Source: the human T2T-CHM13v2.0 reference genome, Homo sapiens. From it: a DNA stretch of 64,000 nt. A model generated the notes under the pieces. It was not told where the DNA came from, ran no database searches, and worked only from the letters and a program-made list of their open reading frames with translations. The stretch lies in assembly GCF_009914755.1 (NCBI RefSeq), contig NC_060928.1; one strand, written 5' to 3'. Below are positions 1 to 15,899 of this stretch, in pieces; the stretch's first letter is position 1, and every line of letters starts with the position of its first letter. Made by a program: the position numbers and the translations under genes.

Positions 1-995
1 TAATATATTTTCTATATTATATATAATATATATTTTCTATATTATATATAATATATATTTATATATTATATATTTTCTATATAATATATATTTTATATAT
101 CATATATTTTCTATGTAATGTATATTTTATATATTATATATTTTATACATAATATATTTAACATATTATATAATATATAATATATAATATATATTATATA
201 TTATATATTATGTATATTTTATACATTATATATTATATACATATAATATATATTATATATTATATACATATAATATATATTATATATTACGTATATTTTA
301 TATGTTATATATTATGTATGTTTTATATATTATACATTATGTATATTTTATGTAGTATATATTATATGCATGTAATATATATTATATGCATATAATATAT
401 ATTATATATTATATATAACATGATGTATAATATATATTATATATTATATGCATATAATACATATTATATATTATATGCATATAATACATATTATATATTA
501 TATGCATATAATACATATTATATATTATATACATATAATACATATTATATATTATATACATGTAATACATATTATATATTATATATTATACATATAATAT
601 ATATTATATGTATAATATATTATATATAATATATATTATGTATATTTTATATATTATATACTATATACATATATAATATACATTATGTATATTTTAGATA
701 TTATATATTATATTATATTATATATTATATATAATATCATATATATTATATATAATATTATAAATATAATATATAATATATTATAAATATAATATATAAT
801 ATATTATATATTATATAATATATAATATATAATATATTATATATTATATATTATATAATATATTATATATTATATAATATATAATATATAATATATAATA
901 TATCATATATATTACATATAATATAATATATAATATATTATATATAATATATTATATATTACATTATATTTTATATATATGATATATTATATATA
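1..995. repeat. ~1 kb AT-rich (TA)n-like low-complexity/minisatellite array
   Basis: Almost exclusively A/T. Internal 27-bp unit TATTATATATTATATGCATATAATACA is repeated around 435-590 (seen as YYILYAYNT repeats in the ORF track). Confidence 0.95.
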
Positions 996-1020
996 GGATA
1001 AATTTTTTTTTTAAAAAGGA

Positions 1021-1385
1021 ATGAGGCAAAAATGATGTCATGTGACTTCTCAGCCTTGGTCTCAAGAAGCCTTGCAAGTTTTGCTTTCATTGTCTACCAA
1101 GTGAATTAGTCACTACCAAGTAAATCAGACCTAGCTGTCTTGCTGGAAACACATGGCCCAGCTGACAGCCAACAACAAGTACCAAACATGACTGAGGCTA
1201 TCTGGGCCATTCAGCCTCATGTAAGCCATTAGATGACTGAGGCTGCCTGAGTGATCCCAGACAAACCCAGCAGAAGAACTACCAGCTGGGCCCAGCACAA
1301 ATTGCAGAATTACGAGCAATTTAATGGTAGTTGTTTTAAGCCATTAAGTTTTGCGATAGTTTGTTATACCGTACTATCTAACCAC
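1021..1385 (+). mobile_element. MaLR LTR fragment (MLT1-like)
   Basis: Ends with GTTGTTTTAAGCCATTAAGTTTTG...GTTTGTTA, typical of an MLT1 3' end. Subfamily not resolved. Confidence 0.65.
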
Positions 1386-1451
1386 TTCAAGAGGATACAT
1401 AGATTTTTATCTGATTCTCAAAGATTATGAACTACTACTGAAGTTGAATTA

Positions 1452-1802
<351 letters not shown>

Positions 1803-2777
1803 CTATGTCAAAGGCATGATTTAATTTAGCAAATCTTGCATTCAAACTGCATTTTAAAGTAAATCCTAGAATTATGTAACTGAAGAATCAGCAGGCCCTG
1901 GAGTCTGTAGTTCAGAGAATTTCTCTTCTTTCCTCTTGAAAAAGTATGTTGGGCAGTGTTTAGGCATCTCTTTCATTCTCCATATTTTTTAAAGATTAAA
2001 GCAATTTCATCTGAAACTTCTATTTACATTTTGGTTTGTTATTTCCAGGCCAGTGTTTAAACTTATTTATGACAGTTAGAATCTGCTCCTAGGTGATTTT
2101 AACCTTAAATTCTTTCTTACCAAAGAGTCTGAGAGTGTTCCATTTTGCATCCTTCACCACTGACATAATGCCATCACAGCTGGCCATGTATCGTAGGCTT
2201 TCTTGCTTTGGATTCAAACAGCCCTTTTCATCATCTAGAATGTTAACCTCCTTTTAAACTTTCTGACTCTTCTCACATATTCTTGACAGATTTTTTTTTC
2301 CATGCTTGTTTTTCTAGATCAGCTTTTGCATTTAACACACACCATTTAAAAATATATCTGATCTCAGCAGACAGCTTCCTACCCAAAGACACTAAATCTT
2401 TTTGGCTACCTCCTTCCTTTTTCTTTTCTTCTTCTTCTTCTTTTCCTTCCTGCGTCGGACCATTTACAGTAGTAGCATCAGAATTTTATTTTGAGGAATC
2501 TCCTCTGCTTCTTTTTGGAATCTCAGACTGGGGTGTCAAAGTCAAGCTTTTATAATTTCCTGAAATATTTTTAGGCTCAGACTAACAGAGTGTGTGTCTG
2601 GCAGTGACCACATCCCTCTGGAATTTTCTGATGGCCAGGTGGCCCTCTTCCAGGGTTCCTGTCACTTCTGATTTTCCATTCAGGGCCTCCTTGTTGGCCA
2701 GAATTAGAAGCAGGGTGTTAATCCTCCTCCTCACTTCCTCTCCGTCTCCCTTCTGAAAGATGAAATTATCATTTGGG

Positions 2778-2955
2778 TTACTGATTCTTACCCTGGCTGC
2801 ACATTCAAATCACTTGGGGAGCTTAAAAAGAAAAAAAGTCTGAGGCCCCACCCTGAGAGAGTCTGCTTTAATTAGTATGGGGTGGAGCCTGCCTGTCAAT
2901 TTTTTATTTTAAATTCTGGGACTATTCTAATGTGCAGGCAGGGCTGAGAATACTA
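2778..2955. mobile_element. MER5-like hAT-Charlie DNA transposon relic
   Basis: CCCTGGCTGCACATT..AATCAC..GGGGAGCTT..TTCTAATGTGCAG..GGGCTGAGAA resembles the MER5A/B consensus. Confidence 0.6.
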
Positions 2956-3600
2956 ATTGAGGCAAATCATGGACTTATCAGATGTTCTGAATTTAGGAAA
3001 TGAGACATCTGGCAGATGGCTGGATAGTTGAAGCTCTCACCATTAAGATTTTGAATGCCTCTTTTCTCCAGTCCATTACACTTCAACACAAGCAATCTAG
3101 TTCTAGCATGTCTAAACAGGATAATGACAACCAGAACCATGATATTACTTTCTGATTGTTGATATTAATCTCAACACAGCTCTAACATCAGTAAACAAGA
3201 TGAAGCTAGACAGCAAAAGTCCTTTGAAAATCTCAGAAGACATGATTTGGGACATTAGCTTTTCTGAAATTCCAAATAAAGATGAACCATGTTGCTCTTG
3301 ATGGGTTTCCTTATTCATTGAGAGTAATTTGACAAAGGAAGTAAATTTAAAATGAGAAAATAAAATATTATTTTTCACCTTTTTTAGTCAGTGTTCAGGA
3401 TGTTAATTCTTAGACAAAAGGCAATTGAGATGTGAAATACATTAGAATTTTTTAAAATTCCCTCTCAGCACATATCATATACACCACATATTTGGGCTTT
3501 TTTTAAATTTTAAATTTAAGTTGTTAATTATCATCAAGTATGCAAATTCAATTTTCCATAAGCCTATTTTTCTCCTTTCTCCATAGAAATGGCCTATTTT

Positions 3601-3877
3601 GGCTGGGCATGGTGGCTCATGCATGTAATCCCAGCACTTTGGGAGGCCGAGGTGGGCAGATCACTGAGCTCAGGAGTTCGAGATCATCCTGGGCAACATG
3701 GTGAAACCCCATCTCTACTAAAATGAAAAAATTAGCTGGGTGTGGTGGCACGCACCTGTGGTCCCAGCTACTTGGGAGGCTGAGGCATGAGAATCGCTTG
3801 AGCCCCAGAGGCAGAGTTGCAGTAAGCCGAGATTACACCATTGCACTCCAGCTTGGGCTATAGAGTGAGACTCTGTC

Positions 3878-3916
<39 letters not shown>

Positions 3917-3918
3917 AT
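3601..3918 (+). mobile_element. Alu with (TAAA)n tail
   Basis: Dimeric Alu sequence with a (TAAA)n microsatellite tail at ~3878-3918. Confidence 0.95.
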
Positions 3919-6900
3919 TTAAAAAATGGTCTTTTTCTTGTTAGTGGCAGAGCTGATTTTGGTGTTATTTTCTGAGCTGAGCTAAGTGTTGGCTAAACTG
4001 GGACATTTAGGAATAAGTGGCAAGTCCTCCCTACAGTCACGTGACTCAAAATGAGCATCTCTTCAAGGGACCCTGAACAAGGCACAGCTGCATCATGGAA
4101 ATCTCAGTCCATTCTGGGATTGGCCAAGCATGATTATTTAACTTGGTAGGTGATGTTGGACACTATGGGCATGCAGGGGGAAATCAGCCTCTTATGAATT
4201 ACAGGTAACCATGGAAGAACATGAGGATGTGCTTTTCTTGAATGTTCACTCAAAGAACAAAAGGCCTAGAAATAGAGCGTTCTAAAATTCTAGTTCTTAT
4301 CTGCTCTGAGTTAGCTGTGTAGAAACTGCTATCTGGGGACAGTCAAAGTTCAGAGGTATGGTCTGCAGAATCCACAAACACATAGGCAACAGAGAGGATA
4401 AGCAACTTGTTCATGTTGAAACACTACAACTGCTTTCAATCAAGCAGGCCCTTTTGGGATGAAATACATTTTGTCAATAATTCAGTTTTGCAAATGTTTT
4501 GCAATATGGTTTCATCTGACAAACCCTCTCAGTGGTGTATTTTTCCACTTTCCAAAGAAAGCACATGTAGAAAAATGATGTCAAATAACATTAATGAGTG
4601 TGTTTTGAAACTGTGGACACTAGGGAAGCTAGCCTTGGTCCTTACTCCAACTCTAACTCATGCCATCTTGAGCTAGGATTACTGGAGTTTGAAAACAATG
4701 CATGAAAAGATGGCAGAATGAAAAAGAGTGCTTGACAAAACATGACACAGCTAATAGCACAGTGAAGACAGCTGATACAACGTTTCTTAAAGTTGGTGGG
4801 TTTAATTCAGACTGAGTGTTATTTTAATGTCTCATTCATTTTACATGGAAGGACATACCTAAATATACACAATTATTTCATCATCCACTGCCAAATATCA
4901 ACACTGAAAACAATGTATGCTTTTGTTCTGTTTCAGGGCAAAGATAATAGATTCATGCATAAGTGTTTACAGAAGCTTTTTAAAAAATAATCAAGTTATG
5001 TTTCTGTTCCTACCAAAACTGTGCAGTCTTTCTAAGCAATTCTGTTGACTTCCTGGAGAAAAGAGAAGATTCCCACTGCTTCAAATTAAGGTCCACATAT
5101 TAGCAGAGGAATTATTGGTTATGACTAATTGAAAACAGATCTAAGTTTCTTTTAATTAGAAATAAGTACATTCATTTTATAAATGATTTGTCATAAGGAG
5201 AGCAATCATGTTCACATCTGAAGTATACTTCATGAGTCCATTTTTCCACTTCTTTCCTCAGTAGTTCAGGAAAAAACATATGCTGCGTTTCTAATTTTTT
5301 TTTTTTGTTTGTTTGTTCATTTGTTTTGGTTTTACAAGCAATACAATCAATCTTCTGATTTCATCCTAAAATAGTAGGCATTCCTACTTTGGTACAATTC
5401 AACCAGGATTGCACAATTGCTGGGATCAAAAGAAGAAGACATTCTACCTCTTCACTTGAACTGAGTCAGTGTGAATTAATTTTAAATGTCAAACTAGATT
5501 TAGATAAAACATACTTGAAAAACCATGCTGTTTGCTTAAGAAAGAGGTTAATGAGGAAAATGTAATCCCCACTTGAATGCCATTGGAATGCAAAACCACA
5601 TTTATTTGCATGTGTGGTATCTGTAAAAGGTCCAAGGAATTTTGTTTTTGGTGTTTTGAATTGTTTATAATGTATTCTCTTTTTATTCCATCTACTAACA
5701 ATTCCCAGAAATGATGGAAATAAAAAGACGGAAAAATATAAATGCATTTGGGTTCTAAGAAAATTACCAGCTGCAACATCAGTTCTAGCCACAGTTCATA
5801 AAGCAGGTGATTATGGGGACAATAAAGAAAATGTCATTAAATCAGAAAAATCCCTTGAATCTTGCCAATTCCATGACAGTGCCTAGAAGTCTGACGATTC
5901 TAAATTGTCCACGCCAAATTTTGCAACAAAATTTCACTAATAATGATGCTCATTTGCAAGGATTTAGTTTAGATATTCCAGGCTGCAGGACATGAAACAC
6001 ACTGGATAATTTTCTTTGACATTATGGCTTATTAAATCACTTCCCAAAGTGTCAAGTAAAACAAAACCTATTCTTTTAAAAGCAACCCTGGAAGGGTCAC
6101 TGACTTTTCAATAGACCAGTTTCTTTTTCACTTTTAGGTTAATTTCTCACACATTTTTGGTTCAGGAATTGCTTCATTAAGAACACTGGATTTCAAAACA
6201 ACCCCATTTCCCTCAGAGGCCCAGGAACCAGAAGGCAGCTCAGCACTGGAAGCCACAGGCCACCAATTAACAACAACTAGCCAGGCCCTGCGGGTCATGG
6301 ACATTTTGGCAGAAAGTTGGTCATATTAATGTTCAGGCCACAAGTTCCCATTTCACGTGGAGTTGCTGCCCGATTGCAGGAAAGTGCTAATGGTTAGGAT
6401 TACCATTGCTTAAACTTTTATTTCAATGCCTTGATCTGTCACTTGACTGTTTCCCCCTAGGCTTTAAAATATGCAAGAATAAAAATGAAACAAAAATTAA
6501 CATGTTTATAACCTCTCCTAATATTTCTATTTCTGTCATGTTCTCCAAGATACAAAGAGTAATACAGTTCTACTGTAACTAATTCCCTCTGGAAGCCTCT
6601 ATTGCCCTGGACTAAAGTTTTCAGGGGCAGGTCTTGCTGTGGAGTTAACTCCACAGGAAAGGAGTCTGCCCAGTCTGGTCCCTCCTGTGGCTCCTTCTGA
6701 ACCAAGTGTCCCGTCCTCTCCCTGCCCTGGGATGTGGGACCTGCCCTGCAGGAGGAGGCCTGTAGTGTCCCATTATGCCAGGGACTGGGTGGCTAACAGC
6801 TGATGGAGTATTCACAGGCATTGCAGCAACTCTCTCAATCTAGCTCTTATCAGTAATACAGCTGACATTTTTAATCTGTCAATCTGATCCCTGTCACCAA

Positions 6901-7590
6901 ACTCTGGCTGGGATGAGAGGCACACTTTATTAGGCCTCTTAAATCCTAACTATTTCACAGAAATAAGTGAACTAATACAGAATTCTCTCTCTCTCTCTCT
7001 CTTTTTTTTTTTTTTTTTAACAGTTTTAGCAACAAGTCCATCCTGGTTTCCTGTGCCCCACTGCATGCACATGATCTTTGCTCCGGGATCTGGGCTGATG
7101 AGTCACTTCTCTGTATCGTTGCTGACATGGTGGTAGAGGGACTAAAAACCAAGGGCAGTTGTTTCCACTCACATTTCACTGCTGAGTGCCAGTCATATGG
7201 TCACAACCACCTGCCACAGAGTGGGAATGTGTACTCCTCCTGCAGAGATCGGTACCATGTATTTGTGAGCAATGTTAACAGTTACCAAACAATTCCCTCT
7301 GGACAAAAATTACTTAAGTGGCATATATTCAGTCTTATCTCTGCTCAGGAACAATTGAAGAGTCAAGGAATCAGCTCCTGAGTAATATCTGCAAGTACAG
7401 GGTTCTAAGGTGGGGTTTAGACAGCAAGGTGGGCAGAGGAAATGACTGTAATGTTGCAGAGGAGATGTGCAATGCCCACCCAGCTCTCCGCTTGCACTGA
7501 ACAAAGCTGACTTTCCCCAGTAACTTGTCATTCAACCCTCAGGCTGAAAAGTGAAAACTCACCATCTTACCTTAAGTAGTTTAGTGCCTA

Positions 7591-7942
<352 letters not shown>

Positions 7943-8892
7943 GAGGACAATATAAAATCAAGTATCAAAACAGGCAGAATAGTCAGTCATTGAGCCTTAG
8001 CAAAAATTTTTGCCTAAACACTCTAAAAAGTTGCTGTTTTTCCTCCTTTGGTTTGAAAGTCAGAAAAAGAAGCAGTGAGGCCTCATGGTGAAAGAGGCAG
8101 CATGAGAGCCATCCAGAATGTTTGTCCCTTCAGCCTCCTGGTTGGGGATTGTTGACGACCTCTCCTGGATTGGACTCATTCCCCCACCCCAAAACTACCC
8201 ACAGCTGAGGACAGCCATCTAAACACCTGCAGAGTCTACACTACTCCATGCCCACACTAATCCAGACCTCAGGCATGAGGCAACCAAGCAGGCTTGTTTC
8301 CTGTGTCAGTCACGGTTCAATACAGGAAACAGAAAACTCTCTAGATCTGCCAAGATCAGAGGGATTTAGTAGGAGGTATGAAGTGGAAAGGCTGGAGGAG
8401 TAGAGTCAGCGGCAACCATCAGAGCCCCCTACACCCACGAGGCTGGAGACTAGACAGTGGGCCATGGAGTCTAGTTAGTGGCCTAACTGGCCACTGCCCA
8501 TACTTATGTCTCCCAGAGCCCTCTCGTACACCTACACAGCTGAAGAGGGAGAGCAGCTTCCTTTGTACTGCCTTTCAAATCCTACGTGACCGCACTTCAT
8601 GATCAGAACCTAAACTGCATCCTGATCTCTTACAGCAAAGTGACTGGGAATTACAGTTTTTACACTTCTAGGCCTGCAATACAGGGCGGTGGGGAAACCT
8701 ACCAATGCCATGTGCTATGGACAAGAACAAACACACTCTTCTACAGGGATTGACACTGAGTCACAGGCCTTAGTGGACTAAGAACAGGGTGCCCCAGTAC
8801 ACATGCTCTCCCCAGTGCCTCTCCCTGGGAATCTCACTCAAGATGGGAAGTCTCAGAAGTAACCGAGAGCCGTGTTGTTGTTTGAGTCACTG

Positions 8893-9180
8893 TTATTACG
8901 GTTTGGCTCTGTGTCCCCACCCAAATCTATCTCAAATTGTAATCCCCACATGTCAGGGGAGGGGCTTGGTAGGAGGTAATTGAATCAGGGGGCAGACTTC
9001 CCCCTTGTTGTTCTTGTGATAGTGAGTTCTCACCATCTGGCTGAGATCTGGTTGTTTGAAGGTGTGTGGCACTTCCCCCCTCTTGCTCTCTCCCTCTCCT
9101 GTTCTACCATGGTAAGACGTGCTTGCTTCCCCTTCTGCCTTGATTGTAAGTTTCCTGAGGACTCCCAATCATGCTTCCTT
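8893..9180 (+). mobile_element. THE1/MST MaLR LTR, 3'-truncated
   Basis: GGTTTGGCTCTGTGTCCCCACCCAAATCT...AATTGTAATCCCCAC matches the start of a THE1D/MSTA LTR. GATTGTAAGTTTCCTGAGG is near the end. Confidence 0.85.
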
Positions 9181-9257
9181 GAACATTAGGGCATTGAGAA
9201 ATTAAAGAATTTAGGAGCACTTTCATCTTGCCTGCCAGTCATCTTCCCAGTACACAC

Positions 9258-9420
9258 CCTGGGTGTGGTGGCGCGTGCTTGTAGTCCCAGCTACTTGGGA
9301 GGCTGAGGCAGGAGAATCGCTTGAGCCTGGGAGGCAGAGGTTTCAGTGAGCCAAGATCGCGCCACTGTTCTCCAGTCTGGTGACAGAGCGAGACTCAGTC
9401 AGAAAAAAAAAAAAAAAAAG
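9258..9420 (+). mobile_element. Alu right monomer (5'-truncated)
   Basis: GGGTGTGGTGGCGCGTGCTTGTAGTCCCAGCTAC... followed by a poly-A tail. Confidence 0.92.
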
Positions 9421-9939
9421 CAGCATTAGTGGCACACCGTCATCACTATTAATGTTGCCGAGTGCTCTATGTGTTTGTGTGTCTGTGCTCCTTTCATTTC
9501 AGTAAAAATCTTAAAATTGCCCTCTATTCTCTTAGTAGTCTAGTGAATAAAAAATACTTTTATTGAATTCATCTTAATTTCAGATTTGGTGGTATTTGCA
9601 GCAGCAGCACATGTGGATGGCCACATTTTTATTACCAAGTCTTTTCCAAGTTTCAACAGCGTTTTTGTTTGATGATTTTGGTTTAAATCCAGTTAATCAA
9701 TATAATAGTAAAATGAGGTTCTCCCCTGTCCCTGTTAAATAATAGTAGTTCAAAGACAGGAAATATTTAAATAACAAAATTTGAAAACTGAAATGCGTGC
9801 CTTCTAGAATAGATTCCTACCCTCAGCTGTGAGAACCTCAAAGCCGCCCTTTTACAACTGGAGAGATTTCTTCTTCTTTATAAGTACGCATATACTTGGT
9901 TACTTAGGAACAGGCCACCCACACGACACAGGGAGACAT

Positions 9940-10700
9940 GACCCTGCACCCACAGGTACGTGCACACCCAGGCGCGAGTGCCCACCGGCCCCACAGTTCG
10001 TCTGCAACAGTCAGATTCAAGATGCGGTAGATTGGCACCTTAACCTCTTTTGGCTCTTCTTCCCCCGAATCAAAACCCACTGTAAACACCGCGAAGAACC
10101 AGGAAACTTCACGGCTTTAATCATTTCCTTTCCCCAAGCTCCATGTGGCACACAGGACATTCCGTTTTCCTTTAGGGTTGCCGTCATCCTGCGACAGGTG
10201 CGGAAGAAGAAAAAAGCAAATCTATGTTTCCAAAGAGCGGAGGAAGCAGAGACAATGTGCCAACACGGGGTGCGCTCTTCACCTTTACGCTCCACTCGGA
10301 GCAAGCAAGGAAATCCTCCAGCTCTAGCAGGGGTTGAGGGTTAGCGCCACCTGGCTTTCTAAAGAAGAACAAGAGGCAGGAGGTAGATGAGGCTGAAGAG
10401 GAGCCCGCGCCCTCCTTTCCTCCTTGGGCACCAGGAGGGCGAGAAGAAGGACCCGGGAGCTCTTCGTTTCAGAGCCCAGGGCAGCCAGGCTGCTGGCCAC
10501 CGCGCACTGCGAAGAGACGCAATTACCCTTCTGGGAATCAAGAAATCCAGAAACGTCTCTTGGTACTGGTGTTAGACTAGTGGATTCCACATTTAAGGCA
10601 ACCGTGAATTGCAGAAATAACTGCGGCACTTAAAGTATTATAAACAAGCACCGATCAATTTACGCATTGATTGGTTCTGGCTCGTTTCTATCAACCACCT
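9940..10700. promoter_or_regulatory. Orphan CpG-rich island; CTCF-like motif at 10343-10357 (minus)
   Basis: Locally high CpG density. AAGCCAGGTGGCGCT on the minus strand resembles the CTCF core. Confidence 0.5.
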
Positions 10701-11379
10701 ATTCTGCGTAAACTTCTTATACCGGCTGAGAGGAAAGAAAAAGAAGACAGGAGAAAGGCCATCCTAGGATTCTGATCTGTCTGTGGCAGCGTTGGAAAGG
10801 AGTCAGGTTAAATGAATAAAGCCCCGGAGCCCCCGTTTATTCACATGAAAAATAGGGAAAACAGGGCCTTCGGTAACTGCCCCAAGTGATTGGAAAATCA
10901 AAGGAAAAACTGGCAGGAGAGTGCCTTAGACATTACCATTTCTACTGTATTATTGTTTTATTATTATACGATATCGTCGTATTAGTCATAGTGAAAATGG
11001 TAATCAAGTTATCATTATCCATTCAGTGCCTTATACATTTGCACTGAGTTTGTATTTGCACATATGGATATAATGAATTCACAGAATGACTATTAATTTG
11101 AGGGCACTGCCACAAACTGCTTTATCTAGAACTTGGACCAGTTGTCAAAAAGTAATTACCTATTTCGGCATGACTTTTAAACGGTGAAATCTAGAGAAAG
11201 TTGTTTGGAAACTGCCTTTCCATGGATTCAGTCAAGAACACAAACACAGATGCACAGATGCATATAATATGTGCACACTATGTGCGCATATGAAAATGTG
11301 TACATGCATGGGAAATATGGGTTTGCATTTATTATAAGAATGATTCATGTACATTGCTACTCTGTTTACAAAGACTTTT

Positions 11380-12530
11380 GCATTCACTTTTCATTTAGTC
11401 CTCACAACTTTAGGAGGCATTGCTAATCCCCATTTTACAGATGAGGAAACTGAAGCATGGAACAATAACTTTCCTAAAATCTTGATGAGAAGTTGTAGAA
11501 CCAAAGCCATGTATTCAATTCTGTGTCATCCTCATATCCAGCAAACATATCATGGACAATTACTGTGTGCCAGGCACTAAAGCCTGGTGGTCACAAAAAT
11601 CAAAGACATATTCCACTGCCTTCAAGAAACTCACACCTAGTGGAGAAAAAAGAGAAATTACTCTTCCTGAAGGATATATACTCCACAATCAGCCTGGGGC
11701 TTAAGTGAAGACTTCCCAAAAGAGTAGATGCCCAGGCTGAATTTTGAAGGACAAGAATCCTTCTGATAAAGATGGAGGGAAGTGTGACCCAGGCAGAAAG
11801 ACAACATGTGCAAAGATATGAAGGCAAAAGAAACGAGAGTATTCAATATAGCTCAGAATCACGGCTTAATGTATATATAGGGACAGTGGTGAGAAAGATT
11901 ATAAAGAGCATTATTGAGGTTTTCTTGAAGTCTATGGGGGAATGAATGAAAGATTTTAAGTAGGGAAACAACATGATCCAATGTCATTTGCATTAAAGAT
12001 CGGTCCAGCTGCTGTGAGGACAGACTGGAGGGTACATTAACAGTAGGAGAAATGATGGAATGATGCAGGCAAAACTCAATATTTGTCATGCTAAGGTAGG
12101 GGGTTCTTTGAAAAAAAAAAGAGAGGGTGAATTTGAAAGATATTAAGGAGGAGCTCATTACAGTTGCTAGGTTATTAGCCTGAGCACCAGGTGGGTAGTG
12201 GTACCAGTCATGGAGACTAAGAGAAGAGACTATTGGTATGCAACAGAGACTAGAAATAAATTCTGTTTTGAGCATAGTGAGTTTAAAAAACTAAATACAT
12301 CTATGTGGAAATGTCCTCTATCAGGGAGTTGGATATGCAGATCTACTGCTCCAAGAACAGGTCTGAATTGTAGTGAGATAAAACACTGGTATCAACTGAA
12401 GCCACATAATGATTAATAATAGTATTTGCAAACAGGCATCAAGTACTTACTGTGTATCTGGCACTGTGCAAAGCATTTTAGTAGATAATCTTATTTAATC
12501 CTCACAACAACCTCACAAGGTAAGTATTCT
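11380..12530. mobile_element. MIR and L2 fragments
   Basis: CCCCATTTTACAGATGAGGAAACTGA (MIR core), TACTGTGTGCCAGGCACT and TTTAATCCTCACAACAACC, plus purine-rich L2-like sequence between them. Confidence 0.6.
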
Positions 12531-12610
12531 GATTAAGTATTGCCCAGGGAGAAGGTTTAATATAAGAGGTCCAAAACAGGACCCTGATGATTACATTTAT
12601 GAAGAATGGC

Positions 12611-13022
<412 letters not shown>

Positions 13023-13392
13023 TCAGCTCCATCCTTGCTCTATTCCTCTCTAGGACAACATTCTGGAGTGACTGCCAAGGCTAGCTGGCCCATTCCCACA
13101 CTGCCTCACTGCCTACCTATGGTCCCTCAGACTTGGTGCGACTTGTGGGTTTTTTTAGCCTCCAAGTTGTTTAGGTCCCCTAGCCTGAAGATGATAAAGG
13201 AAAAGACTTCTTCCAGGTAGGGAAACCACCTGTTTCACTACACATCCCGGGAAAACATATCATGACTGTTTCTCTGAAATACTTTGGATTCCAGCCAGAC
13301 AGCATTAATTGGGCTAGTCAAGGTCAACCAAGGCCAGGCAAGCAGGAGGAAGTGCCCTAGACTTAATTTTCAACATGGCAGAGAGTCCTTGA

Positions 13393-13798
<406 letters not shown>

Positions 13799-15899
13799 TA
13801 GCTTCTTCGCCTTCTCCCAATATCCATCATTTGGGAGTTTGTTGTGTGAAGGGAAAGTATCAGTTGAATACTATTCTGAACATTGGATTTACTTACTTAC
13901 ATAATTTGCCTCTCTGTTAAGTTTGCCTAGAGATTTTTGTTTCTCTTACATTGAATTCAAGACTCTTATAAACAAATCAGACTTGCTGCTGTACTTCTCA
14001 TTAGAGGAACTGAAACCTTGTCCCAATGGCCCTTAAGAGCTCCACCCAAGTGAAATGATACCAAACATTTAAGTTTTGCTTTACATTAATGCTCCTGAAC
14101 CCAATTTTGGCCCAGATATCCCTGGTCTGAATGAGAAAGCCAGGTAAGGACTGCAGATGTTGGGGATAGGGAGGAGGTAGCCTAAAGACTTGATCCGTGT
14201 TCACCTAAACCTGTCACCAAGATTTGTGGGCCACATCTCTGTGACCTGAAGAAATCAGTTCCCTGGGCCCCAGCATACTCATCTGTGAGATGAAGGGGCT
14301 GAAACATCTCTAAAGCTCATTCCAAGTTTAACATTCTCTGCGGACTTAATATAAGAATGAGCAGGGTTCCAGTGTTGGCTTTGCTGCTTCCATATGGTCT
14401 GGGTAAGGGGCTCATTGAATGTTGATACATTACAGCATCAGAGAACATGAGATTAGAAATCAGATTTACTGACCAAACAGATCACCTAGATTAAAAATTA
14501 ATAATACATCTGTATATGTATGTATATGTGTGTGTGTGTGTATGTATAGATGCACACATATATACACACGGAGAGACAGATAGAGACAGAAATAAATATA
14601 GAGAAACTGACTGGTCAAGATAGCAGTGAGTTGATGGCAAAGCCAGGTCTAAAATCCAGGTTTTCTAACTATTGGTTATGTAATTTGCACACAGGTCTCT
14701 GTGTATGTCATGCATGCCACTAGAATGCTGGAAGATTTGGTAAGATTCATGTTTAATTGGCTCCATGTGTGGTGTGCTTCCTTCCCCCACCAGCATCAGG
14801 ATTGCCTTAGAAAAGGCCGCGGGTTCTGGAGACAGCATGGATCTTCTTTCAAATGGGAGCCCTAAGAATTCACCCCTGCCTTTAATATTAATTCTGCATG
14901 TTAATTAGCTGAAGGATAACATCCTCAGACCATTTTTCAGAGGTGATGAAAGGAGTCCATTTAATCGAAGAGGCTAAAAGAGATGAAATTATCTGGACTG
15001 TCCTCCCACTGAGGGCAATGTGGGGTAATGAACCCAGCCTGCACTAGGCATGGGAAAGAGGACACCTCCCCAGCTCCATCCTATCCGTGTTCCCTGAGCA
15101 AATTTCACCTAGAAAAATTACAGAAGCAAACTGCCTAAACTTTTAGCCACTGTCCTCTGCCTCTCTCTGCTAGGTAATTTTAAAAACTGGGATAGTGGTT
15201 TAGATAACAGTAGTAGTAATAGTAGTAATAATAGTAATAGTAATAGCAGTTGATAAGGAAGAGGAGCTTTGCAAATGAATCTTGCTTAGACTGAAATTTA
15301 AAAAGTGGTTTGACAGGCTATTGCCTTCACCTAGTTCAGTATATTCTTCAGTAAATATTTAGTAAGGGTCTCCCCCACCCACTACTGAACAATGTGCTAA
15401 GGCCTGGGAATACAGGTAGTGTACCGCCTGGTCCCTACTCCCGCCCATCTTCAAAGTCCTTTCCTAGGACAGATTCAGTTCTTGAAAAGCCTCATTGATG
15501 GCCTCCATGCAGCAGCCAACTGCCTCACGTGAACGCAAGACGCCCTAGGTAACCCGAGCCAATGGCTCCCTCCCATTTGGGGAGAAAAAAAAGTGGGGGG
15601 CAGGGATCGAAAGAAAGGAGAGGAGAAAAATACTGAGAAACATGTTTTGGCAGGCCAGGCCTTCAGAGACTACCATATGTGCTCCATATTGAGCAACACC
15701 GGGTCTTTGATGTTTTTCTGAATGTAAAGGCATTATTCTTTCTCAAACTGCGCCTAAGTACTACAGACATTAAAACAATGAGACGTAACGGGTGGACCTG
15801 GCTCTAAGTGTTTAATTTGTCCTTCACCCAAGTGCCTGCCACCGGTTAGCTCCCCAGTTTGCACCCAGGCAGCTGGCAGGGTTGCCATCCTCTCTGGCC

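Noticed and set aside
210-629. Tyr/Ile-rich ORFs
   Set aside because: Translation of the AT-rich repeat; no coding signal.
15207-15250. (TAG/TAA)n repeat
   Set aside because: Ordinary short tandem repeat.
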